This document shows positions 42,498 through 51,113 of a DNA stretch of 64,000 nt, in pieces (position 1 is the stretch's first letter; the number at the start of each line of letters is the position of its first letter). The notes below the pieces were generated by a model. The model saw nothing but the letters and a program-made list of their open reading frames with translations, did no database searches and was not told the origin of the DNA. Both the position numbers and the translations under genes were made by a program. Source of the stretch: an uncultured delta proteobacterium (lineage in GTDB: Bacteria > Myxococcota_A > Polyangia > Fen-1088); contig CAVTRY010000013.1 of the NCBI GenBank assembly GCA_963737265.1, forward strand, positions 32,001 through 96,000. The letters run 5' to 3'.

Positions 42498-44018
42498 ATG
42501 AGAAACAAGGTCGCAGCGTTCTTCGGGGTCTCAGCGCTTCTTCTTGCTGCGTGCGATGATGGGGGGACAGCGGGCGCGACGGCGACGGGCGGCTCGTCGT
42601 CGACCGGTGGCCTGGCGGCTGCGGGCGGCGTACGGGCGACGGGCGGCTCGACGACAGGCGGCGGCGCCGCGGCAACGGGCGGAGCCCAAGCCTCTGGCGG
42701 GACGACGGCGGGCGGGACAACGACGGCGGATGCCGGGTCCTCGGCGGACGGCTCAACCAGAACGGATGCGGGCACGGCAACGGGCGGAAGGACGGCAATC
42801 GGCGGTGCGACCATAACTGGCGGCGCGACAGCAACCGGTGGCGCCCCGGGAACGGGCGGAGGCACTTCGAGCTGCGGCCCGGCTGCGCAAGCGCAGGCGC
42901 CGGCGGGGGTCACGCCCTTGCGAGCCATCGACGGATTCGTCACCCGCAACGGCGCGGATCTCATGCTGTGTGGCCAGCAATTCCATGGCTTGGGCACCAA
43001 CGTCTATTACGCACAGTCTTACTCGGCCTACGGACCCAGCGGACTTGTCCAAGTGACCGACGCCTTCGACGATGCGGTTCGCATGTCGTTGCAAGTCGTG
43101 CGCATGTGGGCGTTTTACGACGGCAACGCCAGCGACTCGGCCAGCATTCGCCCAACGCCTGGCACGTACTTGGAACCTGGGCTGGTGGCGCTCGATACCG
43201 CAATTGCCGAGGCCAAGAAGCGTGGCATTCGCTTGATACTTGTTCTCTCCAATTACTGGACTGCCTACGGTGGATTGCCGCAATTTGCGACTTGGGCTGG
43301 CGCCTCCGGTCCCAACGACTTCTATACCAACGCCACCATGCAGGGGTACTTCACGGACTACGCAACCAAGCTGTCGCAACGGACAAACACTGTCACCGGC
43401 GTGGCCTACAAGGACGAGCCCACCATCCTTTCCTGGGAGTTGGCCAACGAGCTCCGCTGCCCGAGCTGTCCGGTGAGCCGTATGCTGGATTCGACCGCCG
43501 CGCTCGCCAAGGTCCTCAAAGGGCTTTTTCCCAACCACCTCATCGCCGATGGCGGCGAGGGCATGGACGATGACGTCACGGCGTACGCCGGGCTCAGCAA
43601 CACCTACCCGGCCAGCGGCTTCGAGGGCGCGAGTTACCACGGTCTGGTCCAGATTCCCGAGCTCGACATGGCAAGCTATCACTTCTATCCGACTGACTGG
43701 GGACTGACCAATCCCACCACCGATGGAACGATCTGGGTGAACGCGCACCAATCCCTCGCGCGCGCGGCGGGCAAGGTCGCGTACTGGGGTGAGTTCGGCT
43801 TCCAAAAGAACGCCACCGACGCCCAGCGCGCGCCCATCTACGACGCATGGCTGGCGGCGTTCTTCAGCGCCACTGCCGATGGTTCGGCCGCGCTCTTCTG
43901 GCAGCTCATTCCGGCCAGTCGTTCCGGCGGCGACGATGGCTACGGGGTCTACGTGGCCAAGGACACGGCCACGGTCGCGGTGTTCGAAAAGTATTCGGCT
44001 TCCCGCGCGCTCCGCTGA
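42498..44018 (+). CDS. GH5 glycoside hydrolase (endo-beta-mannanase-like) lipoprotein
   Basis: Lipobox LLLAAC, G/T/A-rich linker, RMWAF, WELANE (acid/base), HFYP, GEFG (nucleophile). Confidence 0.9.
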   Translation: MRNKVAAFFGVSALLLAACDDGGTAGATATGGSSSTGGLAAAGGVRATGGSTTGGGAAATGGAQASGGTTAGGTTTADAGSSADGSTRTDAGTATGGRTAIGGATITGGATATGGAPGTGGGTSSCGPAAQAQAPAGVTPLRAIDGFVTRNGADLMLCGQQFHGLGTNVYYAQSYSAYGPSGLVQVTDAFDDAVRMSLQVVRMWAFYDGNASDSASIRPTPGTYLEPGLVALDTAIAEAKKRGIRLILVLSNYWTAYGGLPQFATWAGASGPNDFYTNATMQGYFTDYATKLSQRTNTVTGVAYKDEPTILSWELANELRCPSCPVSRMLDSTAALAKVLKGLFPNHLIADGGEGMDDDVTAYAGLSNTYPASGFEGASYHGLVQIPELDMASYHFYPTDWGLTNPTTDGTIWVNAHQSLARAAGKVAYWGEFGFQKNATDAQRAPIYDAWLAAFFSATADGSAALFWQLIPASRSGGDDGYGVYVAKDTATVAVFEKYSASRALR

Positions 44019-44072
44019 ACAGCCATTCGCATCGTCGCGATATTCGCCGCGTTTTGGGCTAGAATCGCCATC

Positions 44073-45185
44073 GTGCCAACACGCGATCCACAAAGCGACC
44101 CCAACGCGCCCCCGCCGGGCCACGGACTGCCCACATTCATGGGGCCGATGATGCTTCCCCAAACCCCGCACCGGCGGCGGTGGGGCCGGTTTCTGGCGTG
44201 GACGCTGCTGGTGTTCGCGGGCGGTGTCGCCGCCGGTCCGACGCTGACGGATCACGCGGTGAGGCTGGTGGAACGTGCTTGCGCGATGGCCGGGATCTCG
44301 CCGCCAAGCTTCGTGACCAACCTCCAGCGGACGGCGACTACTGCGGAGCCGAGCGTGGGCACGCCCGCACCTTCGCTTCGGTCTGTGGCCGAGATATCGC
44401 CAACCGGCGAGGACAACGCCGCGAGACCCGTGGTGGCGCCGGTCGTGAAACCCGCCGAGCCGGAGCAAGCAGTAGTGGCCGTCGTCCCGCAAAGTCCGCC
44501 GCCGCCGAGCGCCGAGGCCCCTGCGGCCGAACCCGCCGAAGTCGCAAAGTCGGACAAGCCGGCCGCGCACGCTTCGCATGCAAAAAACGATGGCAAAGCG
44601 CCACCCGCCAAGGCCGTGCCCGCCCGGACGCCCGCGGGCACGCATGCGGCCCGGGAAGCCGCCGGCTCTGACAACCCATTCGAAAGGTCTGAGCGCGGGA
44701 GCGAGCCCAAGTCCGCCGCGATTCGCAAGCCGAAGACGGCGTTCGACGAACCCGCTGCCAAACCTGCCGCTTCTGACTCGCACGGCTCGCTCAACAGCCT
44801 GATGGCGGATGGCACCGCCGACGCCAAAGACAAAAAGCGCGGCAGTAAGACCATCGATGCCCTATTGAAAGACGTGCAGAAGACCGACGCCGAACCGACG
44901 AAGCATGAAGCCGCGCCGGCGGCTCCGCCGTTGTCGCAGGCCGATATCTCAAGGGTCATGGCTGGCGTCAAGACGCGCGGCAAGGACTGCGCCCAGCGCG
45001 TGGGTCAGGCAGGTGTCGTGGATCTCAAGATCGTCGTGAGCAAGGACGGCGGTGTCACCGACGCCAACGTCGGCGGAAAACTGGCGAACACACCCCTCGC
45101 CGCGTGCATCGAAAAGGTCATGCGGGCCTCGTCGTTTCCACGCTCGACCGGGCTGCGCTTCGACTACCGCCTCGACGTTCGCTAG
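44073..45185 (+). CDS. Hypothetical TM protein with Pro/Ala linker and TonB-C/AgmX-like C-terminal domain
   Basis: Single TM, low-complexity middle, LSQADISRV...C...G.V...ACIE....SFP. Confidence 0.7.
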   Translation: MPTRDPQSDPNAPPPGHGLPTFMGPMMLPQTPHRRRWGRFLAWTLLVFAGGVAAGPTLTDHAVRLVERACAMAGISPPSFVTNLQRTATTAEPSVGTPAPSLRSVAEISPTGEDNAARPVVAPVVKPAEPEQAVVAVVPQSPPPPSAEAPAAEPAEVAKSDKPAAHASHAKNDGKAPPAKAVPARTPAGTHAAREAAGSDNPFERSERGSEPKSAAIRKPKTAFDEPAAKPAASDSHGSLNSLMADGTADAKDKKRGSKTIDALLKDVQKTDAEPTKHEAAPAAPPLSQADISRVMAGVKTRGKDCAQRVGQAGVVDLKIVVSKDGGVTDANVGGKLANTPLAACIEKVMRASSFPRSTGLRFDYRLDVR

Positions 45186-45243
45186 CGATCCGGCGGTGGT
45201 AGCTGGTGCCCCGATGGAACCCAGGTCCTTGGATTCGACGAGC

Positions 45244-46893
45244 TTACTTCTTCGCGCCCTGGACCGATGCAGACGGCGCAGGTCCCCTCGGCTTGGTCAG
45301 GAGATAGTCATACGCGCCGCGGTTGAACCGCCAGATCGCCTTCAGCCGTTCCCAGCTAAGAATTGGCCCGCGCGTAAGTAGCGACAAATGGTCGTAGTAT
45401 TCGCCGATGCCCTTGTCCTCGATCTTATTTTTCGCCGTTTCCAGAGTTTCGAGATAGCCCTTGGGTACCGCGCGTGCCGCGTGTCCGACGCGCCAACTGT
45501 TCGGATCGGCGGCGGGCATCCGCGCCAACAATGGATCGGTCAAGGCCCACTGATCCACGATGATGGCGTCGGAAGGCGCGGCGTAGCCGAAGAAGCCAAC
45601 GGTCATATGAACCGATGCCTTGCCGGGGACGAGGCGCATGCCCTCCTGGCTGAACCAGCCACCCACCATCGAGGCAAAATCTCGCCAGAGCAACGAGCTT
45701 TCCTTGAGATACCAAAGACGCTCGTCGGCGACGCCACGGGCATCCAGCCGCTTTTCCCCCTCGCTGTCGGCCCTGATTTCCGCTGTCAGCACCGGTTTGG
45801 GCGTGAGCAAGAGGCCCAAACCCAGAACCACCAAGGCGGGCGATGCCGTGAACCTTTCCACCTGCCGAACGAGGAGGGGCGCGCACCACAGGATCAAGAA
45901 GACGCCGCCCACAACCAGGAGTGAAAAAAAGCGCCCTGCCATGAAATCGCCGCCAACGCGAACGATGTAAAGCGCGTAGATTGCCAAGCCCACGCTCACC
46001 GGCACCAGACGACGTTCCCGGGCCAAGAAAGGAGCGACCGTGGCCAGGGTTAAGATCACCAGCGCCAAGGGATCGAAGACCAGCTCGCTCACAAAATAGG
46101 CCACGCCCTGCTCGACCATCATGCCAGTCGGAATGCCTGCGCCCAGCTTCGCATAAGCCGTGTTGGGGAATGGAAAGCCGAAGTACACGATCGCAATCAA
46201 CTCCCACGCCAGGAAAGGCATGAAGGCTTTGGCAAGCAACCACCACGATCGCCATGTCTTCCAGCCGGGAAGTAACTCCATCGCGAGGACGGGAAGGGTG
46301 AGCAGAAGTGTGTCGGGTCGATTGAGTGTCATTAGCCCCGACAAGAACGCCAGGCGAAAGAGATTGGGCTTCGTCGTGTCGGGACGATTCCAGCGCTGAA
46401 AAGGCCAACGTCCGACGACCTCGAGAAGAAAAAGGAGAAAAAGGAAGTGCGACAGCGGATTTTCCAGTCCGCTGGTGCTGAAGTCGACGAACGACTTACT
46501 GGAAACCAGGAGGGCCAGTCCCAGAAGGCCGAGGGTTTTGAATTCGGTCACCCGCAGTGCCACCAAGGTCGCGCTGGCCAGCGACAGAAGCACCGACGCA
46601 AACATGGTCGACGCGTAGAAATCACGCGATACCAGGGTCACCGCGCTCATGAGAAAGAACCACAGCGGATGGGTGAAGGTCTGCACGCGCTCGAAGTGGT
46701 TCCAGCGCATGCCTTTGCCGGCGATGAAGTTCTTCGCCACCCGGAAGGTGATGAACGCATCGTCACAGACCCAGGCGGTCCGCAACAGGACAACTAGGAC
46801 ACATGCCAGCGCAACCACGATCAGCACCGACTCCGCGGGCCACAGGCCCTGTTTCGTCTCGCAACCGGCGGGCTTTTCGTTGAGCAGGCTCAT
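45244..46893 (-). CDS. GT-C membrane glycosyltransferase, AftB arabinofuranosyltransferase-like
   Basis: DDAFITFR, ERVQTFTHPLW, SGLENPL, RPD, PNTAYAK, GGDFMAGRF, LTDPLLAR, RVGH. Confidence 0.8.
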   Translation of the reverse strand: MSLLNEKPAGCETKQGLWPAESVLIVVALACVLVVLLRTAWVCDDAFITFRVAKNFIAGKGMRWNHFERVQTFTHPLWFFLMSAVTLVSRDFYASTMFASVLLSLASATLVALRVTEFKTLGLLGLALLVSSKSFVDFSTSGLENPLSHFLFLLFLLEVVGRWPFQRWNRPDTTKPNLFRLAFLSGLMTLNRPDTLLLTLPVLAMELLPGWKTWRSWWLLAKAFMPFLAWELIAIVYFGFPFPNTAYAKLGAGIPTGMMVEQGVAYFVSELVFDPLALVILTLATVAPFLARERRLVPVSVGLAIYALYIVRVGGDFMAGRFFSLLVVGGVFLILWCAPLLVRQVERFTASPALVVLGLGLLLTPKPVLTAEIRADSEGEKRLDARGVADERLWYLKESSLLWRDFASMVGGWFSQEGMRLVPGKASVHMTVGFFGYAAPSDAIIVDQWALTDPLLARMPAADPNSWRVGHAARAVPKGYLETLETAKNKIEDKGIGEYYDHLSLLTRGPILSWERLKAIWRFNRGAYDYLLTKPRGPAPSASVQGAKK

Positions 46894-47074
46894 GATGGGT
46901 GCCAGCGGCGGCCATGATAGCCGATTATTCGGCACGCCGCAGAACCTCACGGCGACGCCCGTGAGCGGTAGCGGTAGCGTGGGCGGCCTTGGGGTGAGCG
47001 GCCTGGGTGGGCGTCCCGCGTGAGCGTGCGCGGCCCGCGGCCCGCGGCGCGCTCACGCCTGTGCAAGCGGGAAC

Positions 47075-47286
47075 ATGGGTGACGTTTTAGACCGGGCTCG
47101 CAATGTCGCCGTCTTCTACGGGCACATCCATCAAGAGAACCACCACATGACCGACCACATTGCCCATCACTCGGCTAAATCGCTGGTGTCCCGCTTCCGG
47201 CGCCTGGGAGCGTGGCCAAGAAACAGCCCGTCCCATGGCATCCTGCCCACCCGTTCAAGGGGCTGGTCGGCCTCCCGGAGACATGA
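47075..47286 (+). pseudogene. 3' remnant of a calcineurin-like metallophosphoesterase
   Basis: VFYGHIHQENHH...HHSAKSL, then after a 1-nt shift PLPAPGS...PW...PFKGL; stop overlaps the next ATG (ATGA). Confidence 0.7.
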
Positions 47287-47453
47287 CCATGCGCCTCCGC
47301 CATTCGCACCTCGCCGGTTTTGTCGCCTGGTCCGCGGGGCTGCTGATGTTCGGCTGCCCCGAATCGAGTCTGGCGCCCAAGAGATCGGCGTCGGCCGCCG
47401 AACAGCAACCAGCCGCGCCCCAAGCCGCCGTCACCGCACGATCCTCTTGTTGA
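47283..47453 (+). pseudogene. Short, probably truncated lipoprotein ORF
   Basis: ATGA coupling to the upstream remnant, signal-like FVAWSAGLLMFGC, only 56 aa. Confidence 0.4.
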
Positions 47454-47524
47454 TCGATCACCTACCACCGTAGCGGGCGCGCGTCCGTTTGCTTGCGCCT
47501 AAAGCGGGAGGGTAAAATGGATCC

Positions 47525-47905
47525 ATGACCGCCGGCGCCCGTTTCACAGTTCGGTTCGATGCCTGGTACAGCGTCCTGTCCAGCGTACTGCTCATGCCTC
47601 CGGCGGCCAGCTACGTGGAGATTCAGGGCGACCAGGTTCATGCGCGCATGAGCTGGGGGTTTCGCGCAACGTTCCCACGCTCGGCGGTCGTCGCGACTTC
47701 ACGACTGGCGAAGCGACCGATGAGTCGCGGCGTGCACGGCCTGGCGGGGCGCTGGTTGGTCAACGGATCCGGACAGGGCATCCTGACCATCGACCTGCGG
47801 CCCGACCAGCGCGCTTATGTCATAGGCATTCCTGTGCGCCTGCGCCAGCTCTTGGTCAGCGTCGACGATCCCGACGGGCTGCAAGCACGGCTTGCGCAAG
47901 GGTGA
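47525..47905 (+). CDS. Conserved hypothetical protein (PH-like fold suspected), probably leaderless
   Basis: GVHG..GRWLVNGS, LLVSVDDPD; TAAAAT 6 nt before the ATG. Confidence 0.75.
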   Translation: MTAGARFTVRFDAWYSVLSSVLLMPPAASYVEIQGDQVHARMSWGFRATFPRSAVVATSRLAKRPMSRGVHGLAGRWLVNGSGQGILTIDLRPDQRAYVIGIPVRLRQLLVSVDDPDGLQARLAQG

Positions 47906-48048
47906 AGTGGGATGGACCCGGGATGGCCCAGGGATGGGGTGGAGGATGGGGACGGTGGGGAGGGACTTCCGCAAACTCCTCGTGTCGGACCTGGACCGTG
48001 CGGATCTTGCCAAGCTCGCTTCAAGGCTCGTCGCGCCCTAACTTCGAT

Positions 48049-48074
48049 GGAACCAATCGGCTGCGTGCTTCGTT
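48049..48074 (+). promoter_or_regulatory. ECF sigma-factor promoter
   Basis: GGAACC-N16-CGTT followed by AAGGAGG RBS and ATG 48097. Confidence 0.7.
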
Positions 48075-48096
48075 GCTACTTGCAAGGAGGTGCGAA

Positions 48097-48287
48097 ATGC
48101 CGATTCAACCTAGTCGAAGACAAATTCTCAAACTCATGGGCGTGGGCGGGGTCGTGTTTGCGTCGGGCCTAGCCGGCGCGGGTGATCCGGGTAAGCGCAA
48201 GGGTCGCGGCCAGGCGTCCGGGAACAAGGGGGACTTCTTCTTTCTCCAGCTCTCGGATACGCACTGGGGCTTTCAGGGGCCACCCTG
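48097..48287 (+). pseudogene. 5' remnant of a Tat-exported metallophosphoesterase
   Basis: SRRQILK twin-arginine signal and FFFLQLSDTHWG (DxH motif); similarity ends at ~48285. Confidence 0.75.
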
Positions 48288-49588
48288 CGGATCGAGGCGA
48301 ATGCCATCCCCACCAGGACGAAAAGGAGCGGACGCAGGGGGTGTCGTTCAGCGTGTCGCCCGATAGCGCAAGCGCAACCGTTTGCATTGCCGGCCTTGCC
48401 GACGCCCCCACCAGGATTGCTGCCTCCGACGGCTCCACCGGCTGGAGCGCCACCACGGCCCAGCGTCGTTCCGGCGGCGTCACCCGCACCTGCGATGGTT
48501 GTTCCACCGCCGCCCGAATTGCCACCCGTGGACGGGATGGCGCTGGTACCGCCCATGCTCAACGCGCCGCCGCTGCTCGGCGTGCTGCCTCCGACGGTAT
48601 TGCCTCCGGCCGATGAGCCTCCGGTGCGCGCCGTGCTGGTGGCACCTTCAACTGATGCTCCACCGGTGCTCGCCAAACCGGTGGCGCCGCCTTGGGCCGC
48701 AATGCCCCCCGTGCCTGCGTTCCCGCCTCTTCCGCCGGTGGCTTGCGTTCCCCCTCCTCCCGTCGTGCCCGCGCCGCCGCCGCTCCCGCCGCTGCTGCCG
48801 TTCGCGCCCCCAGCCCCGCCGACGAGCGCATCGGGTGCGCCGCCGTCTCCGCTGCCGGCTCCGATGGCATATTTCTTCATCAGAGCGTTTTCGATGCTCA
48901 CCCTGGTCGCATCGTCCAGGGCTTTGCTGTAGATGATCAATTCGGAAATGTTGCCCTGCCAGGAGCGATCCTGGAAGTTGCGATCCCTGGCGATGGTGTC
49001 GGCCGTGACGTTGGCCAGCGCCACGATGGACAACAAGCCCAGTTGGAATGGGAATGATGTCGTCCTTCCATCCACCGACACCCCGTTCACGTAAGTCTTC
49101 CCGTTGACCAGATTGGGAGAAACCTCGCTGAGGTTCGCGTTGTAGATGTCGCAGCCGTGCTCTGGATGAAAGAAGGTCGGGTCGGTGTTACCGCCAAGCC
49201 AAAATTTCGCCGAGGTTCCATAGTTCGGCAGAGTAGGCAGGCAGGATGTCGAGTCTTTCGACAGCACGGCGAAGACCGTTCGAATGGTCGTGATCTGGGT
49301 GAAGTGAAATCCAGTATAGATGCCGCTGAACCTCAAAGACGGCTGGCCATTGACGGTGGCGAGTGTCGGCGTTGCCTGGCCAAAGGCATCGTGGATGGCG
49401 TTGTTGGCCTTCGCGCTCTTGTCGGTCCATTCGGTGATCTGATTGTTGGCCGTCTTCATCGGACCGTCCGCTGAGACCCAAAGCTCGAGACCGTCGGTGG
49501 CAATCGCATTGTCCTGTGCAATCACAGGCGAAGTGCTTGCCCAAAGCAGCAGCAGTCCCACGCAAACCACGCGACGCATTGATTCCAT
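48134..49588 (-). CDS. Secreted ConA/LamG-like protein with Gly-rich linker and MYXO-CTERM-like tail
   Basis: Signal peptide, GLELWVSAD...WTDKS...GNISELIIYSKAL, G/T-rich linker, GCACAIG + hydrophobic stretch + RR. Confidence 0.8.
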   Translation of the reverse strand: MESMRRVVCVGLLLLWASTSPVIAQDNAIATDGLELWVSADGPMKTANNQITEWTDKSAKANNAIHDAFGQATPTLATVNGQPSLRFSGIYTGFHFTQITTIRTVFAVLSKDSTSCLPTLPNYGTSAKFWLGGNTDPTFFHPEHGCDIYNANLSEVSPNLVNGKTYVNGVSVDGRTTSFPFQLGLLSIVALANVTADTIARDRNFQDRSWQGNISELIIYSKALDDATRVSIENALMKKYAIGAGSGDGGAPDALVGGAGGANGSSGGSGGGAGTTGGGGTQATGGRGGNAGTGGIAAQGGATGLASTGGASVEGATSTARTGGSSAGGNTVGGSTPSSGGALSMGGTSAIPSTGGNSGGGGTTIAGAGDAAGTTLGRGGAPAGGAVGGSNPGGGVGKAGNANGCACAIGRHAERHPLRPLLFVLVGMAFASIRRVAPESPSAYPRAGERRSPPCSRTPGRDPCAYPDHPRRLGPTQTRPRPRP

Positions 49589-49674
49589 GGCCACAGGGTA
49601 TCTCAGACTTTGCTTGCGGGCAACGATGGAAGGGGAGCCAGGGGAGCCAGGGAGCCCCGCGCGGCATCGCCAAT

Positions 49675-51057
49675 TCAGGCGGCGCGCAGGCGCTCGAGAA
49701 CGGACGGATGCGCGCGCACGTCGAAGATGACGGCATCTTCCTGATAGCGTTCGCCGAGCACCTCGCACGAGGCGAAGATTTCGCCGCGCAGCTGCTGGCG
49801 ATCGTAGGGAACGCGGACTTCTCCGCTGACTAGCCCTTGCGAGAAAAACGCAATCAAGCGCAGCCGCAGCCTCGCCACGTCGTCGGGCCGGCGCGCCGAC
49901 ATGACGAAGGACTCGGGCCAGCGCTCGGCGAGGGCGCGCGCAGTCGCCGCTTCGGCCGCAGCCTCGCCCACGCGATCCATTTTGTTGAAGATGACGAGGC
50001 GCGGAATGGCGTCTGCCCCAATGTCGGTTAGGACCTCCGCCGTGACCTCAAGCTGACGCTCGAAGCTGGCATCCGATGCATCCACCACTTGCGCCAGCAG
50101 GCCCGCCTCCAGCGCTTCGTCGAGGGTGCTCTTGAACGAAGCCACCAACCCGTGCGGTAGCTTGTCGATGAATCCGACCGTGTCGGACAACAAAATGCGT
50201 GGATGCGATTCGGGCGCGAGGGTTCGTACCGTCGTATCGAGCGTCGCGAACAATTTGTCGGCGACATACACCTCGCTGCCCGTGAGCGCGCGCATCAGTG
50301 TGGATTTCCCCGCGTTGGTGTAGCCCACCAGCGCGACCCGATTCATGTCGCGGCGGCGCGCCCGCTGCGTGTCTTGCTCGGCCGCGAGCGCCGTCAACTC
50401 GCCCGTCAGCTCGGCGATGCGATCGCGAATCTTGCGCCGGTCTAGCTCCAGGCTGGATTCGCCCGCGCCCTTGCCGCCGATACCGCCGCGCTGCCGATCC
50501 TTGCCCGCGCCCGATTCGCGCAGCCGGGGCGCCAGATATTGCAGGCGCACGATTTCGACCTGCGCCTTGGCGACGCGTGAACGGGCGTGCCGGCGGAAAA
50601 TTTCTAGAATCACGGCCGTGCGATCCATCACCTCGGCGCCTGTCGCCTTTTCCAAGTTGCGCGCCTGCGAAGGACCGATGTCGTGATCGACCAAGACAAT
50701 CTTGATGGGCTCAGCACCAACCTTGTTGGTGGCGATCTCGTTCCTGGCCGCCGTCACCTCGCTCTCACCGCCATCTTCGCGTTCATCTTCGTGTTCATCG
50801 GCGTCGCCGGCGGCCGCATCGCCAGCGCCGGTGAGCACCTGTAGCTCCTTGAGCTTGCCGCTGCCGAGGACCGTTCCCGCGTGAAACGAGCTCCGCCGCT
50901 GCGTGATGGTGGCCGCGACCGACAGGCCGAGCGTGCGCGCCAGCCGATGGAGCTCGGCGACCGACGAGGCAAACGCACCGTCCTCGACGCCGTGCAATTG
51001 TACTGCGACCACCACGGCCCGTCGCGGACCGGATTCTTGTTCGGATAACCTCGCCAT
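49675..51057 (-). CDS. hflX: GTPase HflX
   Basis: DRTAVILEIF, VGYTNAGKST, LFATLDTT, SDTVGF, NKMD. Confidence 0.95.
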   Translation of the reverse strand: MARLSEQESGPRRAVVVAVQLHGVEDGAFASSVAELHRLARTLGLSVAATITQRRSSFHAGTVLGSGKLKELQVLTGAGDAAAGDADEHEDEREDGGESEVTAARNEIATNKVGAEPIKIVLVDHDIGPSQARNLEKATGAEVMDRTAVILEIFRRHARSRVAKAQVEIVRLQYLAPRLRESGAGKDRQRGGIGGKGAGESSLELDRRKIRDRIAELTGELTALAAEQDTQRARRRDMNRVALVGYTNAGKSTLMRALTGSEVYVADKLFATLDTTVRTLAPESHPRILLSDTVGFIDKLPHGLVASFKSTLDEALEAGLLAQVVDASDASFERQLEVTAEVLTDIGADAIPRLVIFNKMDRVGEAAAEAATARALAERWPESFVMSARRPDDVARLRLRLIAFFSQGLVSGEVRVPYDRQQLRGEIFASCEVLGERYQEDAVIFDVRAHPSVLERLRAA

Positions 51058-51113
51058 AGGTGGCGGAGTATAGGCGACGCAGGCGCCGAAGCACGGCTGG
51101 CGACGTCAGGCCG

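Noticed and set aside
42753-44783. 676-aa minus-strand ORF, and similar long overlaps such as 27105..28565 and 37079..38395
   Set aside because: Shadow ORFs of GC-rich genes with no recognisable motifs
46960-47060. GC-rich hairpin and low-complexity stretch as ncRNA
   Set aside because: No recognisable fold or second copy; it lies at the edge of a decayed region
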